Source of the DNA: the human T2T-CHM13v2.0 reference genome, Homo sapiens
Reading direction: 5' to 3' (one strand)
Assembly: GCF_009914755.1 (NCBI RefSeq)
Contig: NC_060948.1
DNA: 64,000 nucleotides
Of the stretch, positions 49,577 to 63,735 are shown piece after piece. Below the pieces are notes generated by a model, which worked only from the letters and a program-made list of their open reading frames with translations, was not told where the DNA came from and did not search any database. How positions within the stretch are numbered: the stretch's first letter is position 1; the number at the start of each line of letters is the position of its first letter. The position numbers and the translations under genes were made by a program.

Positions 49577-51136
49577 GGTTCACAGGCATGTCCCCTCCTT
49601 CTACAGCTGTGAATTCTAGAGGATTGGAACCTAATTAGTTGTGGCAAACAGACATTACACACATCCCTGAATTTGGATAACTAAGATATGTACATGTATC
49701 TGTTGCTACCAACACTCATTTACATAATGTAGTCCTAATGAATTATTAACATGAAGAAGAGGGTATGTTTATGTTCACATCCCCTTAGGTCCTCTTTAGA
49801 TTCCTGCATGATGCATCAAACCATACCATGGAGTGGCTAAGAACCCATCCCGGTACTGGAAATGAAGACAATGACCCTACATAACTTCCAAAATCAGACA
49901 GAAACAGAAAGATTAATGAGAAAAATAAAGGGAAAGAGTGAGTAAGAAATAGACTAAAAACAAAAAGCTGAGAGACAGACACAGCAATTAATACTAAGGA
50001 GAAACATAAAAGAGGATGGAGAGAGAGAAATATTAAGTAAGTTATAAGAATGCAACTTTAGCAAGGAAAGTTATAAAACAAAATTAGAAAGTTAAGGCAT
50101 GTAAAAGATTGTAAAAGTTGTGAAGAATGTTATAAAAAGGAATTTCTGTGGAAATGTTATATAATCTTTGTTTTGAAGGTCTAAGCAAGTTGTAATTGTA
50201 GAAAATATTCTGTATGTAAACATATTGGCTAAAGTTAAAAAAGTATTCAGTTTTTCTATATGCTACAGATTAAAATAAAGCACAAGTTGTTCTTAAAACA
50301 ATAACCTGCTCTTTAAACATCATACAAACTCTCTTAGCCCAGTCACCACCCCTAGAATTTCCAACACCAGATTGGAAAGTATGTCCTCATCAAAGGATAG
50401 AAAGAAGAAAAAACTTGAGCCAGCCTCAGAAAGACCCTAGGACCTGTAGCCTCAAACAATGCAGCTTGCTAAGACAATGCATGCCCTGGACAGAATGCTG
50501 AGGAAGATGACTCAGAAGACTGTATGAGTCCTGCTCTGGAAACAGACAGCATTCACTCCAGATAATTTATTTCATTTTAATTTTCTTGCTGTGCCTATAT
50601 CTATACCTGCTACACACTATTAAGCTCATCTCTTAATTCTGCCTTTTTTCAGCCCTGTTACTTAAGCAGACACTCCCTTTCCAGCTTTTAACAATGTAAC
50701 TGTTTGCCTGGAAGGAGTTAACAAACACCCAGTGGAGTTCCTTGGTAGCAGCACACATCAAACTAACATCCAAGTAACACTAAAGGTAATTCTTTGACTG
50801 GAAAAGAATGCTGCTAATTGTACTCATTTTTGTGTGTGTGTTATTTGCTAATTCTGGGATGAAAGCCAGAATAAGAGCAGTGACGGCCTCTCCTGACAAA
50901 CCTGTGGCTGCATATATCTGCTCTCTGCAATCAAAAAGACATGATACAGAGACCAAAAAACGGGGGAAATGTTGAGGTTCTGCCAGGCTGGTGGGGAAAA
51001 TATTAAAGATAGTTACAGTAGTAGTCAAAAACTGTCTTGGAAGGCCTGAGAGTTTGCATACTTTCAGATTGCTTGGCTGAAGGCAGCCAGGGTCTGTTTG
51101 CAGGAGCCAGAAAGATTAGGGTGCAAGAACAGATGA

Positions 51137-51501
<365 letters not shown>

Positions 51502-51778
51502 TAGCTTTTAGTCTTTACCGTCTTGCAGTGTTTACTCTCAACATTTGTTAATTAGTCTTACTGAATAAATGCAACCATGACTATCGGTTGAGGGCTGAGT
51601 TGCAACTGTTTACTAAACTCAGCTTGGGGCCTGTAAGTAGCTTGGACCACCAGCTGGACTGGCAGAGCAGAGTATCTGTGTGTCAGTGTACATTTATTCA
51701 TTGGTTGCCAAATCAGGGGTCTGCAGGAAGAGATCCCCACATCTAGTGGCCCTGTGAAAGGAGCAATGCCTCATTCAT

Positions 51779-54700
51779 CTATGGAAATGATTATATAATT
51801 TTGCCTTCCATTCTATTACTGTGATATTAATTTGAATATGTTAAACCATCTTACATCTTTGGGGTACATCCCACTTGGTGATAGAGAATGAGATTTTTTA
51901 ATGTGTTGATTCATGTGGTTTGCTAGTAATTTGTTGAGAATTTTGCGTTTGTGTTCAACAGGGACATTCACCTACAGTTTTCATTTTTGCCTGTACTTTT
52001 TCTGGCTTTGGTATTATAAACTGATACCAAACTGGTATAAAGTGAGTTTAAATATTGTTTAATCTTTAACTCTTTGGGTAATGAGTTTGAGAATTGATAT
52101 ATATTGTTCTTTACATATTTGATAAAATACAGCTGTGGAGCCACCAGATGCAAGGCCCTTCTTTGATACATAGTTGCTATTGCTAATTCAACTTCTTACT
52201 GATTGACTTTTCTTTTTCTTTCCATCATTCAATCTTAGTAAGTGTGCCAAGAAACATTACTGTCTTCTGAATTATCCAATTTGTCTTGAGTATGCAATTG
52301 CTTTACACCAAAACATATTAGCAATTGCAGTTGTCAATTACAGCACCTACGATCTTCTTCATTTCTATGGTATCAGTTGTTATGTCTTATTTATTTCATA
52401 TTTTTATTTGAGCAATTCTGTTTTTCATCTTAGTTCCCCTTCCTAAAGGTGTGATAATTTTGCTTCTCTCTTCCATAAACCTACTCTTAATTTTCTTGAT
52501 ATTTTGTATTGTCTCTCTGGTTTCTAATTCTGTTACTGTTGTTCTAATATTTTCTGTCTGCTAACTTTGGTGATAATGTTAGGTTGTTTATTTGATGTGT
52601 TTCTTGGTGATATAGACATTGATTTTTTAAAAAATATGACTTTATTACTTTTTCTATTGACCTATTTATAGTTTTATTTGTTTAATTTCAATGTAGTTGT
52701 GAAATAATTCAAAAGTGCCTTGAACTGTTGTTAATTTCTTGTCTGGCACCATTGCATTAAGAAAATACATTTGATATGCTTTCTATTTTAAGATGTGCTT
52801 AGAATTGCATTCTGGCCTCAGAATAAAATTTCTCCTGGGGAATATGCCATATTCAGTTGAGAAAATACTGGAGTTTTGTGGCTGAATGATGCAATGTTCT
52901 ATTCATGACTGTTAGGTTCATTTGGTCTAAAGAGTAGTTTAGGTTGAATTATTTGTCTGCTAAATTTGTGCATTGCTTATGGTGTGGTGTTGGAGACCAC
53001 TACCAATACTGTATTGTAGTCTACTTCTCCCTTCAGGTCTATTAGTGCTTGCTGTATTTATTTACATGTTTTAACGTTGGGTGTATATATATTTATAATA
53101 GTCATATAATCTTATTGTGTTGGTACTTTATATAATGAATTTCTATGTGTCCTATTACCAGTTTTTCCTGAACTCTTATTTTGTCTGCTGTAAATATAGC
53201 TGCCTCTGTGTTTTTTGGTTCCCATTCACATAACTGCCTTGTTCTATTTCTTCACATTTAGCCATCTGTGTTTTTATAGACAAATATCTTGAAGCAACAC
53301 AGGTTGAATGTTTAAAGGCTATATGTTTTTTACATTCATTTTAAGTTCAGGGGTACATAGGCAGTATGTACAGGTTTGTTACATAAAGAAACATGTGTCA
53401 TGGGATTTGTTGTAGAGATTATTTCATCACCTAGATTTTAAGCCTTGTACACATTAGTAAGTGTTCTTGGTCATCTCTGTCCCTCCAGCCTTCACCCTCT
53501 GGTAGGCCCCAGTGTGGTTTCTTCCCCTCTATGTGTCCATGTGTTCTCATCATTTAGCTTCCAGTTATGAGTGAAAACTTGTGGTATTTGTTTTTCTCTT
53601 GCTGTGTGAGTTTGCTTTGGTTAATGGTCTCCAGCTCGAACAAAGTCCCTGAAAAGGACATAACTTGATTTTTTCATGGCTGAAGAGTGTTTCATGGCAT
53701 ATGTGCACCACATTGTCTTTATCTGGTTAATCATGGATAGGCATTTAAATTGATTCAATATATATGCTTTTATGAATAGTGCTGCACTCAACAAATGAGT
53801 GCATGTCTTTATAATAGAATCATTTCTATTCTTTGGGGTATATACCTAGTAATGGGATTGCTCGGTTGAATGGTATTTCTCTCTCTAGGTCTTTGAGAAA
53901 TTGCCATACTGTATTCCACAATGATTGCACTAGTTTACCCAAGAGTGTAAAAGCTTTTTTGTTGTTGTTCTTCACAACCTTGCCAGCATCTGCTATTTCC
54001 TGACTTTTTTTTTTTTTTTTTTTTTTGAGATGGAATCTCACTCTATTACTCAGGCTGGAGTGCAGTAGTGGTGCTATCTTGACTCACTGCAAGCTCTGCC
54101 TTTCAGGTTAATGAAAGGCAATTCTGCCTTTCATTTTCTTGCCATTTCCAGGCTCCCGAGTAGCTGGAACTACAGGCACCCACTACCACACCCGGCTATT
54201 TTTTTTTTTTGTATTTTTTAGTAGAGAAGGGATGTCACCATGTTAGCCAGGATGGTCTCCATTTCCTAACCTTGTGATCTCCTGAGCCTCTCAAAGTGCT
54301 GGAATTACGGTCATGAGCCACTGTGTCCTGTATTTTCTGACATTTTAATAATGGCCATTCTGACTGGTTTGAGATAGGACTTCATTGTGGTCTTGACTGA
54401 CATTTCTCTGATGGTCACTGATGTTTTTACTGTTTTATTTTTTTAATTTGTTTTGGTCATAAATATATCTTCTATTGAAAACTGTCTGGTTCATGTTTTT
54501 GTTTGTTTGTTTGTTTTTTGCCCAGTTTTTAATGAGATTGTTTGTTATTTCATTTGTTCCAGTATTTGTCTAAGTTCCTTAAAGATACTGGATATTAGAA
54601 GTCTGTCAGATGCATAATTTACAAATACTTTTTCCCATTCTGTAGGATGTCTATTTATTTTGTTGATAGTTTCAAGCTAACAGAAAAAAGCAGGAGTTGT

Positions 54701-56700
54701 AATTCTACTCTGTCAAAATAGAATTTAAAATATTTTTACTTAAGTAAGTAAATAGGCCCCTGACTGAACAATTTTATCATCTGCTTACACTGAAAGTGAT
54801 TATTGATTGGTAAGAACTTATTAATGTCACTTGTGAATTGTTCTGGATGTGATTTCCAATAACTTATTTTTTTTTCCTCTCTTATTTTATTTTTCATGTG
54901 TGTGTTTGATGTTTTCCTGTAATGGTATTTACTGAACCTCTTATATGTCCCCTACAGTCAAGACTTATGTAAAAATTCTTGAGGCAGTATATGGCTGTCA
55001 TAGGTTAATAATAATGAATGACACTGCATGCACTAATTGTGACCTCTATCTCCTGCATCTTTTCTAAACTTTATGTTTTTTAATTTCAAAATATATAATT
55101 TAGTTATTTTTACCCCTTGTGAAATTAATGCAGCTATCATTACTTGTAATCATTTTGTCTTTTTACATCAAAGATAGATGTTATTGACACACCTTCATTA
55201 TAGTATCAGAATATTATTTATTTTGCTGAGTGCTTTTACCAGTGAGCTTTATAGTTTCATATGTTTTCATGTAATAATCTGTGCTCTTTTTCAGCTTCAA
55301 TCTCTCTTATCATGTCTTATGAAATAGGTCTGATGGCTGTAAACTTCCTCAGATTTTGGTTATTTGAGAAACACTTCATCTTTTCTTCATTTCAGAAGAA
55401 AAGCTTTATGTGTACATTATTCTTAGTAGGGAGTATTTTTTTCTCTTTTTCTTCATATTATTAATATGTAAGTAATATTGTCCCACTATTTCCTGACTGC
55501 AGGGTCTCTACTGAGAAATCTGCCAGCTGTTATGTACTCACTTATATGTTATTTTATTTTTTGTGTTGCTGCTTTTAGGATTGGCTTTGTTTTTTAAAAA
55601 AATTATTATAAAATATTTTAATGTAACTTTGTATAAATTAATCTGATTGGGAAACTTTGACATTTGTATATCTGGATATTTATATTTTGCTGCCAGTTGA
55701 AAAGTTTTCTGCTATCATTTGAAAAAAATGGCATTTCTACCATTTTATCTTTTTCTTCTTCTCTTGTTACTCTTATAATTAACAACGTTACTGTCTTCAT
55801 GCTGTTCCATAGATCTCATAATCTCTCTTCATTCTTTATTACCCTTTTCTCTTCTGACTATATATTTTGAAATAACTTGTTTTTGAGTTACCAAATTCTT
55901 TCTTCAGCTTGATTAATTTTGGTGTTGATGTTTTTTGTTGCAGTTTAAATTTTTATATATATATTTTAGTTTCAGATTTTCTGATTTATTTATTATGCTT
56001 ATTATTTTATAGTCTCTGTTAAATTTTTTGTTTTGCTCACTTACAGCTTTCTCTAGTTAATTCCTAATTGAATTGTTTCTTTTTATTTTAATAAAGTTTA
56101 CTGACCTTCCTTAAAGCAGTTATTTGACAAATGTTATTTAGTCAGACATTGTATACGTCTCCATTCCTCTAGGGTGAGTAATTAGCACTTTATTTTCACT
56201 TGATAATGCCATCTTTTCCTGACTTCCTGATATCTGTGGTCATATATTGGTGTGCACCCATTTGGTGAAGTACATACTTTTCCTAATAATTGCAGACTGG
56301 CTTTTCTGGGAAAGCCTTTCAATAGTCACCCTATCTGTAGGTTCTTGGCACACTTTCTGGTGTGGTTCTGATAATGAAAACTTCCAGGGGTGGTGAGGCA
56401 CTAGGTCGGGCTGAAATCTCAGGATCACCAATGGCTCTCTCTATCCTGTGGAGACTGATTGTAGATGTGGCCTAAAGACTGGGGCTGTGTGATGTTATCT
56501 GGTGCCAGGGTGGGTCTGGCATCTTTATGTTTAGGTACCAGTCTGGAGTCTGGGTCTGTGAGAACCTGCCCAGTTCTCTGTGGCATGCCCATGTTGGAGT
56601 ATAAGCCAAAGTTTGGTCATCATTTTACTGTCTTCCAAATAGCCAATTTCTCTCTGTGCACTGTGCTAATGAGTTAGGGAAGGGATGATGCAGGTAATAT
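51779..56700 (-). mobile_element. L1MA/L1M body (ORF2 to 5' region) containing an older L1PA 3' end (~53325-54675)
   Basis: Continuous L1-like sequence; L1PA 3'UTR ttttaagttcaggggtacat at 53340. Confidence 0.7.
54005..54330 (-). mobile_element. AluY-like
   Basis: Alu body with gcaagctctgcc; TSD tatttcctgact/tattttctgaca. Confidence 0.9.
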
Positions 56701-58468
56701 AAAACTGCCCTTACTATGCTCTTCTCACCAAATCAGTATCCATTATGCAATAGTTACATAGCTGAAAATTTCATAACTATGTCCAATAATAATTGTTGTC
56801 AGGCTGTATTTTGTCAGAAAATTATCTTTGTATACACAAACTAAGGAGGACAGATATACAACTAGAAAATCCACACCCACAATAAGAAAAGTACTCTATC
56901 AAGATTTTTGAATAGATAAATCCATGTACAATTTCAACATGAAGAACTAAAAGGATGTAGAGAGTCAATAAGAAGAAATAAGAAATAGAAAACTTCAGCA
57001 ATCAGCTCCCACTTACAGAAGCATCACTATGAACAAATATCCTCACTTGAAAATATGTGTCCATAAGAACTGAAAGAAACAGGTTGGCAAAAACAGTACT
57101 GCGTGGTAGCAAAATAGTAAGAAAAGACACATGGACTTCTCTTTTTCTGCATATTGAAGTCTGCTTTCTGACTTATAAATGCTGAACTCTTTATTTCTTG
57201 GATATGGATTAAGCATCCTTGGTTTATAAATTGCAGAATTGTTCCTTGAATATGAGCATACTGATATTTTCATCTCTTGCCAGTGGATAGAAGTTGTCCA
57301 GTTGAATAAAGTCTGGCTGCCTTCTTTTTGATAAAGGACTATAATTAATATCTGTAGAAAAACTAAACAGGTGCTTCTTGGAAAAATGAAGGCTTCCAAT
57401 CTGTGTATACCATGGTCTTTCAACTTAGACTTGGATGGAAAGTTTACACCCAGTGAGCTGTGACTGAATTTTATAAAATATGAGTGTGTGTCCCATCCAT
57501 ACCTAGCTCTCCTCTTTGCCTCTATATGGCTATGAGGTTTCTGGCAGTCTAAACCTTAATCTCTCTTACCTTGGTCATAAACATGCTCTTCAAAGAATAA
57601 ATCTGGCTTTATCAGTTCTTGTTTATGGATACAGAAAACTTGGCAAAATAAACTTTGGCTTCCTTCTTTGAATAGGAAATATGAGCTCTCTGGAGATATA
57701 ATGAATGGGAGTTCTCCACCTGTACAACTGATTATCTTTTTTGGACATGGGATGAGATTTCTAGGGGTATATACCACAAAGTGCAACTCAGCTTTCCTGC
57801 TGTATAAACACTGCCCATCTTCTTTCTTGTGACTGATTTGAGATTCACAACATAAACCCAATCTCACTCCTTGGGCAAGGATGTAAGTTCCTGACTCTGT
57901 ACAACCTGACAGTCTTAATTGTTGCCTAGAGATGTTACAAAATTGGCTTTCTAAAGTCTGATTACTTTCTTTTGACAATGTCATAAAATTTTCAATGCTA
58001 TAAGGCTTGTTTGTTTGTTTTCCTCACTTGGGTATTTCTATGAAATTTCCAGTTGTATAAATTCTGACTTCCTTCTCCCCAAGATAAAATTGAGATATCC
58101 TGTGTGTATAAAGCTCGGCAAACTTTCTTTTTAGATATCTTTCACAGCTCTTTTGGCAATAAGCACTGACCTACTTCCTCTTTGCTTAACTATGTACACT
58201 TTCTGGTTGCTTAATGTCTCTTATTAAGTATGAATCACATAATGTATACACCCTAGACTTTTCCTACACACACATACACTGCCCCCCCCACACACGCATA
58301 TGTATATGCACCCAGGTATATTTTCATAAGGCCAAAGCTGACCGGCATCACAAACCAGCATAAACAAATTCATCATCATAGCTAATTTGTATAGTGGACA
58401 CGGGCATATTTAGCTATATGCAAGATTATAAGATATTTTCAAAGTGTGTACATAGTCATCTGTGTTTG

Positions 58469-61400
58469 TGATATGGTTTGGCTGTGTCCCCACCCAAACC
58501 TCAACTTGACTTTTATCTCCCAGCATTCCCATGTGTTGTGGGAGGGACTCAGGGGAAGGGAATTTAATCATGGGAGCTGATCTTTCCCCTGCTATTCTTG
58601 TAACAGTAAATAAGTCTCCTGAGATATTATGGGTTTATCAGCATTTCCACTTTTGCTTCTTCCTCATTTTCTGTTTCTGCTACCATGTAAGGAGTGCCTT
58701 TTGCCTACCGCCATAATACTGAGGCCTCCCCAGGCATGTGGACGGTAACTCCAATTAAATCATTTTTTCTTCCCAGTCTTGGGTATGCCTTTATCAGCAT
58801 TGTGGATACAGATGAATACAATAAATTGATACCAGTAGAGTGGAGCATTGCTGAAAATATAACCAAAAATATGGAAGCAAATTTGGAACTCAGTAACAGG
58901 CAGAGGTTGGAACGATTTGGAGGGCTCAGAAGAAGACAGGAAAATATAGGAAAGTTTGGAACTTCTTAGAGACTTGTTGAATGGCTTTGCCCAAAATGCT
59001 GATACTGATATGGATAATGAGTTCCAGGTTGAGGTGGTCTCAGATGGAGATGAGGAACTTGTTGGAAGTAAACTGGAGTAAAGGTGACACTTGTTACATT
59101 TTAGCAAAGAGACTGGCAGCATTTTTGCCCTTGAACTAAAGGCTTGTGAAATGTTGGACTTAAGAGAGAAAATTTAGGGTATCTGGCAGGAGAAATTCCT
59201 AAGCAGTGAAACTTCAAGAGATGACTTGGGTACTGTTAAAAGCATTCAGTTTTATAAGGGAAGCAGAGCATAAAACTTTGGAAAATTTGCAGCCTGACTA
59301 TTCAAAAGAAAAGAAAAAAACATGTTCCAGGGGAAAATTCAAGCTGGATGTAGAAATTTGCATAGCTAGCAAGGAGCCTAATGTTAATCCCCAAGACCAT
59401 GGGGAAAATGTCTCCAGGCCATGTCAGAGTCCTTCACAGTATCCCCTTTCATTACAGACCTGGAAGCCCATGAGGAAAAAGTGGTTTTGTGGGCTGGGCC
59501 CAGTTTCTCCATGCTGTGTGCAGCCTAGGAACTTGGTATTGTGTGTCCCAGCCACTCCAGCCGTGGCTGAAAGGGGAAACATACAGTTTGGGCTCTGGCT
59601 TCAGTGCATGGAAAGATCAAGCCTTGGCAGTTTCCATATGGTGTTGAGCCTGGGTGTACAGATGTCAAGAATTTAGGTTTAGGAACCTCCACCTAGATTT
59701 TAGAAGATGTATGGAAATGCCTGGATGCCCAGGCAGAAGTTTGCTTCAGTGATGGTGCCCTCATGGAAAACATCTCCTAGGACAGTGTGGAAGGGAAATG
59801 CAGTTTCAGAACCCACACACAGAATCCCTACTAAGGCACTGCCTAGTGTAACTGTGAGAAAAGGGTCACCGTCCTCCAGACTCCATAATGGTAGACCCAC
59901 TGACAGCTTGCAGCATGCACCTGGAAAAGCCACAGACACTCAGCCACAACCAGTAAAATCAGACAGGTGGGTGGCCATACCCTGCAAAGCCACAGAGGTG
60001 GAGCTGCCCAAGACCATGGGAACCTATCTCTTGCACCAGTGTGACCTAGATTTGAGACCTGGAGTCAAAAGAGATCATTTTGGAACTTCGAAATTGTACT
60101 TCCCTACTGGATTTCACACTTCCATGGGCCCTGTAACCCCTTTATTTTCACCAATTTCTCCCATTTAAAATGGCCATATTTATCCAATCCCTGTACCCCA
60201 ATTGTTTCTACGAAGTAACTAGCTTGCTTTTGATTTTACAGTCTCATAGGTGGAAGGAACTTGCCTTGTCTCAGATGAAACTTTGGATTGTGGACTTTTG
60301 GTTTGTTGGGAAGGCATAATTTATTTTGTAATGTGAGGACATGAGATTTAGAGAGGTGGAATAATATGGTTTGGCTGTATCCCCACCCAAATCTCAACTT
60401 GAATTGTACTATCATAATTTCCACATGTTCTTATTTATTTCTTGCCTTCTGCTAGCTTTGGAATTTGTTTGCCCTTGCTTCTCTAGTTCTTTTAATTGTA
60501 ATGTTAGGGTGTCGATTTTAGATCTTTCCTGCTTTCTCTTATGGGCATTTAGTGCTCTAAGTTTCCCTCTACACACTGCTTTAAATGTATCCCAGAGATT
60601 CTGGTACATTGTGTCTTTATTCTCATTGGTTTCAAATAACACCTTTATTTCTGCCTTCATTTCTTTATTTACTCACTAGCCATTCAGGAGCAGGTTGTTC
60701 AGTTTCCATGTAGTTGTGCAGTTTTGAGTGAGTTTCTTAATCCTTAGTTCTAACTTGATTGGACTGTGGTCTGAGAGGCAGTTTGTTGTGGTTTCTGCTC
60801 TTTTACATTTGCTGAGGAGTGCTTTACTTCCAACTATGTGGTCAATTTTGGAATAAGTGTGATGTGGTGCTGAGAAGAATGTATATTCTGTTGATTTGGG
60901 GTGGAAAGTTCTGTAGAAGTCTATTAGGTCTGCTTGGTGCAGAGTTGTGTTCAATTCCTGGATATCCTTGTTAACCTTCTGTCTGATTGATCTGTCTACT
61001 ATTGACAATGGGGTATTAAAGTGTCTTGCATGTTAGCTCCAAAACCATAAAAACCCTGGAAGAAAACCTAGGCAATACCATTCAGGACATAGGCATGGGC
61101 AAGGACTTCATGACTAAAACACCAAAAGCAATGGCAACAAAAGCCAAAATTGACAAATGGGATCTAATTAAACTAAAGAGCTTCTGCACATCAAAAGAAA
61201 CTACCATCAGAGTGAACAGGCAACCTATAGGAGAAAAATTTTGCAATCTACCCATTTGACAAAGGGCTAATATGCAGAATCTACAAAAAATTTAAACAAA
61301 TTTACAAGAAATAATTGAACAACCCCATCAAAAAGTGGGCAAAGGATATGAACAGACACTTTTCAAAAGAAGACATTTATGCAGCCAACAGACAGATGAA

Positions 61401-62533
61401 AAAATGCTCATCATCACTGGTAATCAGAGAAGTGCAAATCAAAACCACAATGAGATACCATCTCACACCAGTTAGAATGGCGATCATTAAAAAGTCAGGA
61501 AACAACAGGTGCTGGAGAGGATGTGGAGAAATAGGAATGCTTTTACACTGTTGGTGGGAGTGTAAACTAGTTCAACCATTGTGGAAGACAGTGTGGCGAT
61601 TCCTCAAGGATCTAAAACTAGGAATAGTATTTGACCCAGAGATCCCAATATTTGGTATATAACCAAAGGATTATAAAACATGCTACAATAAAGACACATG
61701 CACATATAATGTTTATTACAGCGCTATTCACAATAGCAAAGACTTGGAACCAACCCAAATGTCCATCAATGATAGACTGGATTAAGAAAATGTGGCACAT
61801 ATACACCATGGAATACCATGCAGCAATAAAAAGGATGAGTTCATGTCCTTTGTAGCAACATAGATGAAGCTGGAAACCATCATTCTGAGCAGACAATCAC
61901 AAGGAAAGAAAACCAAACACCGCATGTTCTCACTCAGAGGTGGGAATTGAAAAATGAGAACACTTGGACACAGGGCGGGAAACATCACACACTGGGGCCT
62001 GTCATAGGGTGGGGTCATGGGGGAGGGATAGTATTAGGAGAAAACCTAATGTAAATGATGAGTTAATGGGTGCAGGAAACCAACATGGCATATGTATATA
62101 CCTATGTAACAAACCTGCATTTGTGCACATGTACCCTAGAACTTAAAGGATAATTAAAACAAAAAACAACAACAACAACACAAAATTTTGTAGTTATGAT
62201 TAAACCAAAAGTAGAGCAAAAAAATAAATAAATAAATAAATTAGTTTCCACGTGTTGTGGGAGGGACCCACAGGGACGAAATGTAATCATGGAGGTTGGC
62301 TGTTCTTATTCAGGCTATTCTCATGATAGTGAATAAGGTTAATCAGATCTGATGGGTTTATCAGGGGTTTCCACTTTTGTTTCTTCTTCATTTTCTCTTT
62401 TCAGCACCATGTAAGAACTGCCTTTTGCCTCACATCGTTATTCTGAGGCCCCCTGACCATGTGAGACTGTAAGTCAAATTAAACCTTTTTTTCTTCCCAG
62501 TCTTTATCAACAGTGTGAAAATGGACTAATGCA
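58469..62533 (+). mobile_element. THE1A MaLR element (LTR-int-LTR)
   Basis: 5' LTR 58469-58820 (tgatatggtttggctgtgtccccacccaaa); internal 58821-60361; 3' LTR 60362-62533 split by an L1. Confidence 0.9.
60430..62241 (+). mobile_element. L1PA (PA4-7-like) 5'-inverted (twin-primed) insertion
   Basis: Antisense ORF2 block 60430-61025 followed by a sense 3' block 61026-62155; TSD taatttccacatgtt (60415) / tagtttccacgtgtt (62242). Confidence 0.9.
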
Positions 62534-62799
62534 CAACACTCAGTTGTGCAAATGCCTACACATATCTATGGTTACTGGCACATGACCTTTACCTATATAC
62601 AGGTGGCTATACAAATACTTTAAAATGTTCTAGTGCACATTCATAAGAAACATTGATGGTTATTAAGGTTATCCAGACGACAGAATACATATATAATATG
62701 TGTATTTTAAATAAGTGTATGAGCATTTTATTTAAACACCTCTGTATTTAAATAATATTTTATATATACTACAAATATGTGTAATGTGTATATAATATA

Positions 62800-63180
62800 T
62801 TTTTTTCTTTCTGCTGCTAAAAAAGAATGCTGAAGATTGGAGAATTTGTGTTTAAAAAGGCATTTTATTACAAAGGCTAGGAAATTTGAGACTAAATCAG
62901 TAGCATCTGGAGAGGTTCTGGTTTCTAGAAAGCTGCTTCTCCCATGGGGAGAGACTTTGTGTTCTTGCATGAAAAAAGAGCAAAAAGTGAATCAATTTCT
63001 GCAAGACTTTTTAATGGCAACATTAATTCATTCATGAGGGGAGATCTTTAATGACCTATTGTGACCTACCTTTCAACACTAGTGCACTAGGATTAAGCAT
63101 CCATAACATAAAAATGGGAGGAGACAGGACATCATAGCATTCTGCTCCTGGAATCTCAACATGCATACCTTTCTCACGTA
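62800..63180 (-). mobile_element. MaLR LTR (MSTC/MSTD/MLT1A-like) with internal stub
   Basis: cattaattcattcatgaggg...ggattaag...catcatagca pattern. Confidence 0.6.
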
Positions 63181-63197
63181 CAAAGGTGGTTGACTAT

Positions 63198-63587
63198 TGA
63201 TATGGTTTACATCTGTGTCCCCACCCAAGTCTCACAGTGAAGTGTAATCCCCACTGTTGGAGTCTGGGCTTGGTGGGAGGTGATTGGATAATAAAAATGA
63301 TTTCTTATGGTTTAATGCCATCTGCCTTGGTATTAACATGACAATCATGAGTTCTCATGAGATCTGGTTTTTAGAGATGTGTGGCATCTTCCCTTACCCC
63401 TTTTGTTCTGTTCCTTCCATGTAAGATGCCTGCTCCTAGTATGCCTTCTACCATGAGTCAAAGGTCCCTGAGGCCTACCCAGAAGCAGATGCTACCATGC
63501 TTCCTGTTAGTTGATTAAGCCTCTTTTCTTTATCAATTTTGGTTTCTCAAATATTTCTTTATAATAGTGTGAGAACAGATGAATATA
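63198..63587 (+). mobile_element. Solo MSTA-like LTR
   Basis: tgatatggttt...tgtaatcccca...ggtgggaggtgattgga...agaagcagatgctaccatgcttcctgt; TSD actat/accat. Confidence 0.8.
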
Positions 63588-63631
63588 ACCATTGAAAACT
63601 ATGGGCTATGCAGATGGAAATTTATAAGTGA

Positions 63632-63735
63632 ATTTTCTTCCTCCTCTGCCACCCCTGAGACAGCAAGTCTAACCTCCCCTCTTCCTCCTCTTCCTTGGCA
63701 TACCCAATATGAAGAAGATATGAGAGAAGACCCAT
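63632..63735. mobile_element. Tigger2/MER8-like DNA transposon fragment
   Basis: ctctgccacccctgagacagcaag...cctcttcctcctc resembles a recalled Tigger2-family motif. Confidence 0.6.

Noticed and set aside
57043-57984. 142-aa and 126-aa minus-strand ORFs as a protein-coding gene
   Set aside because: No recognisable domain, splice structure or retrocopy hallmarks.
59206-60168. 156-aa and 153-aa ORFs
   Set aside because: Remnants of the THE1 internal region; expected and broken.
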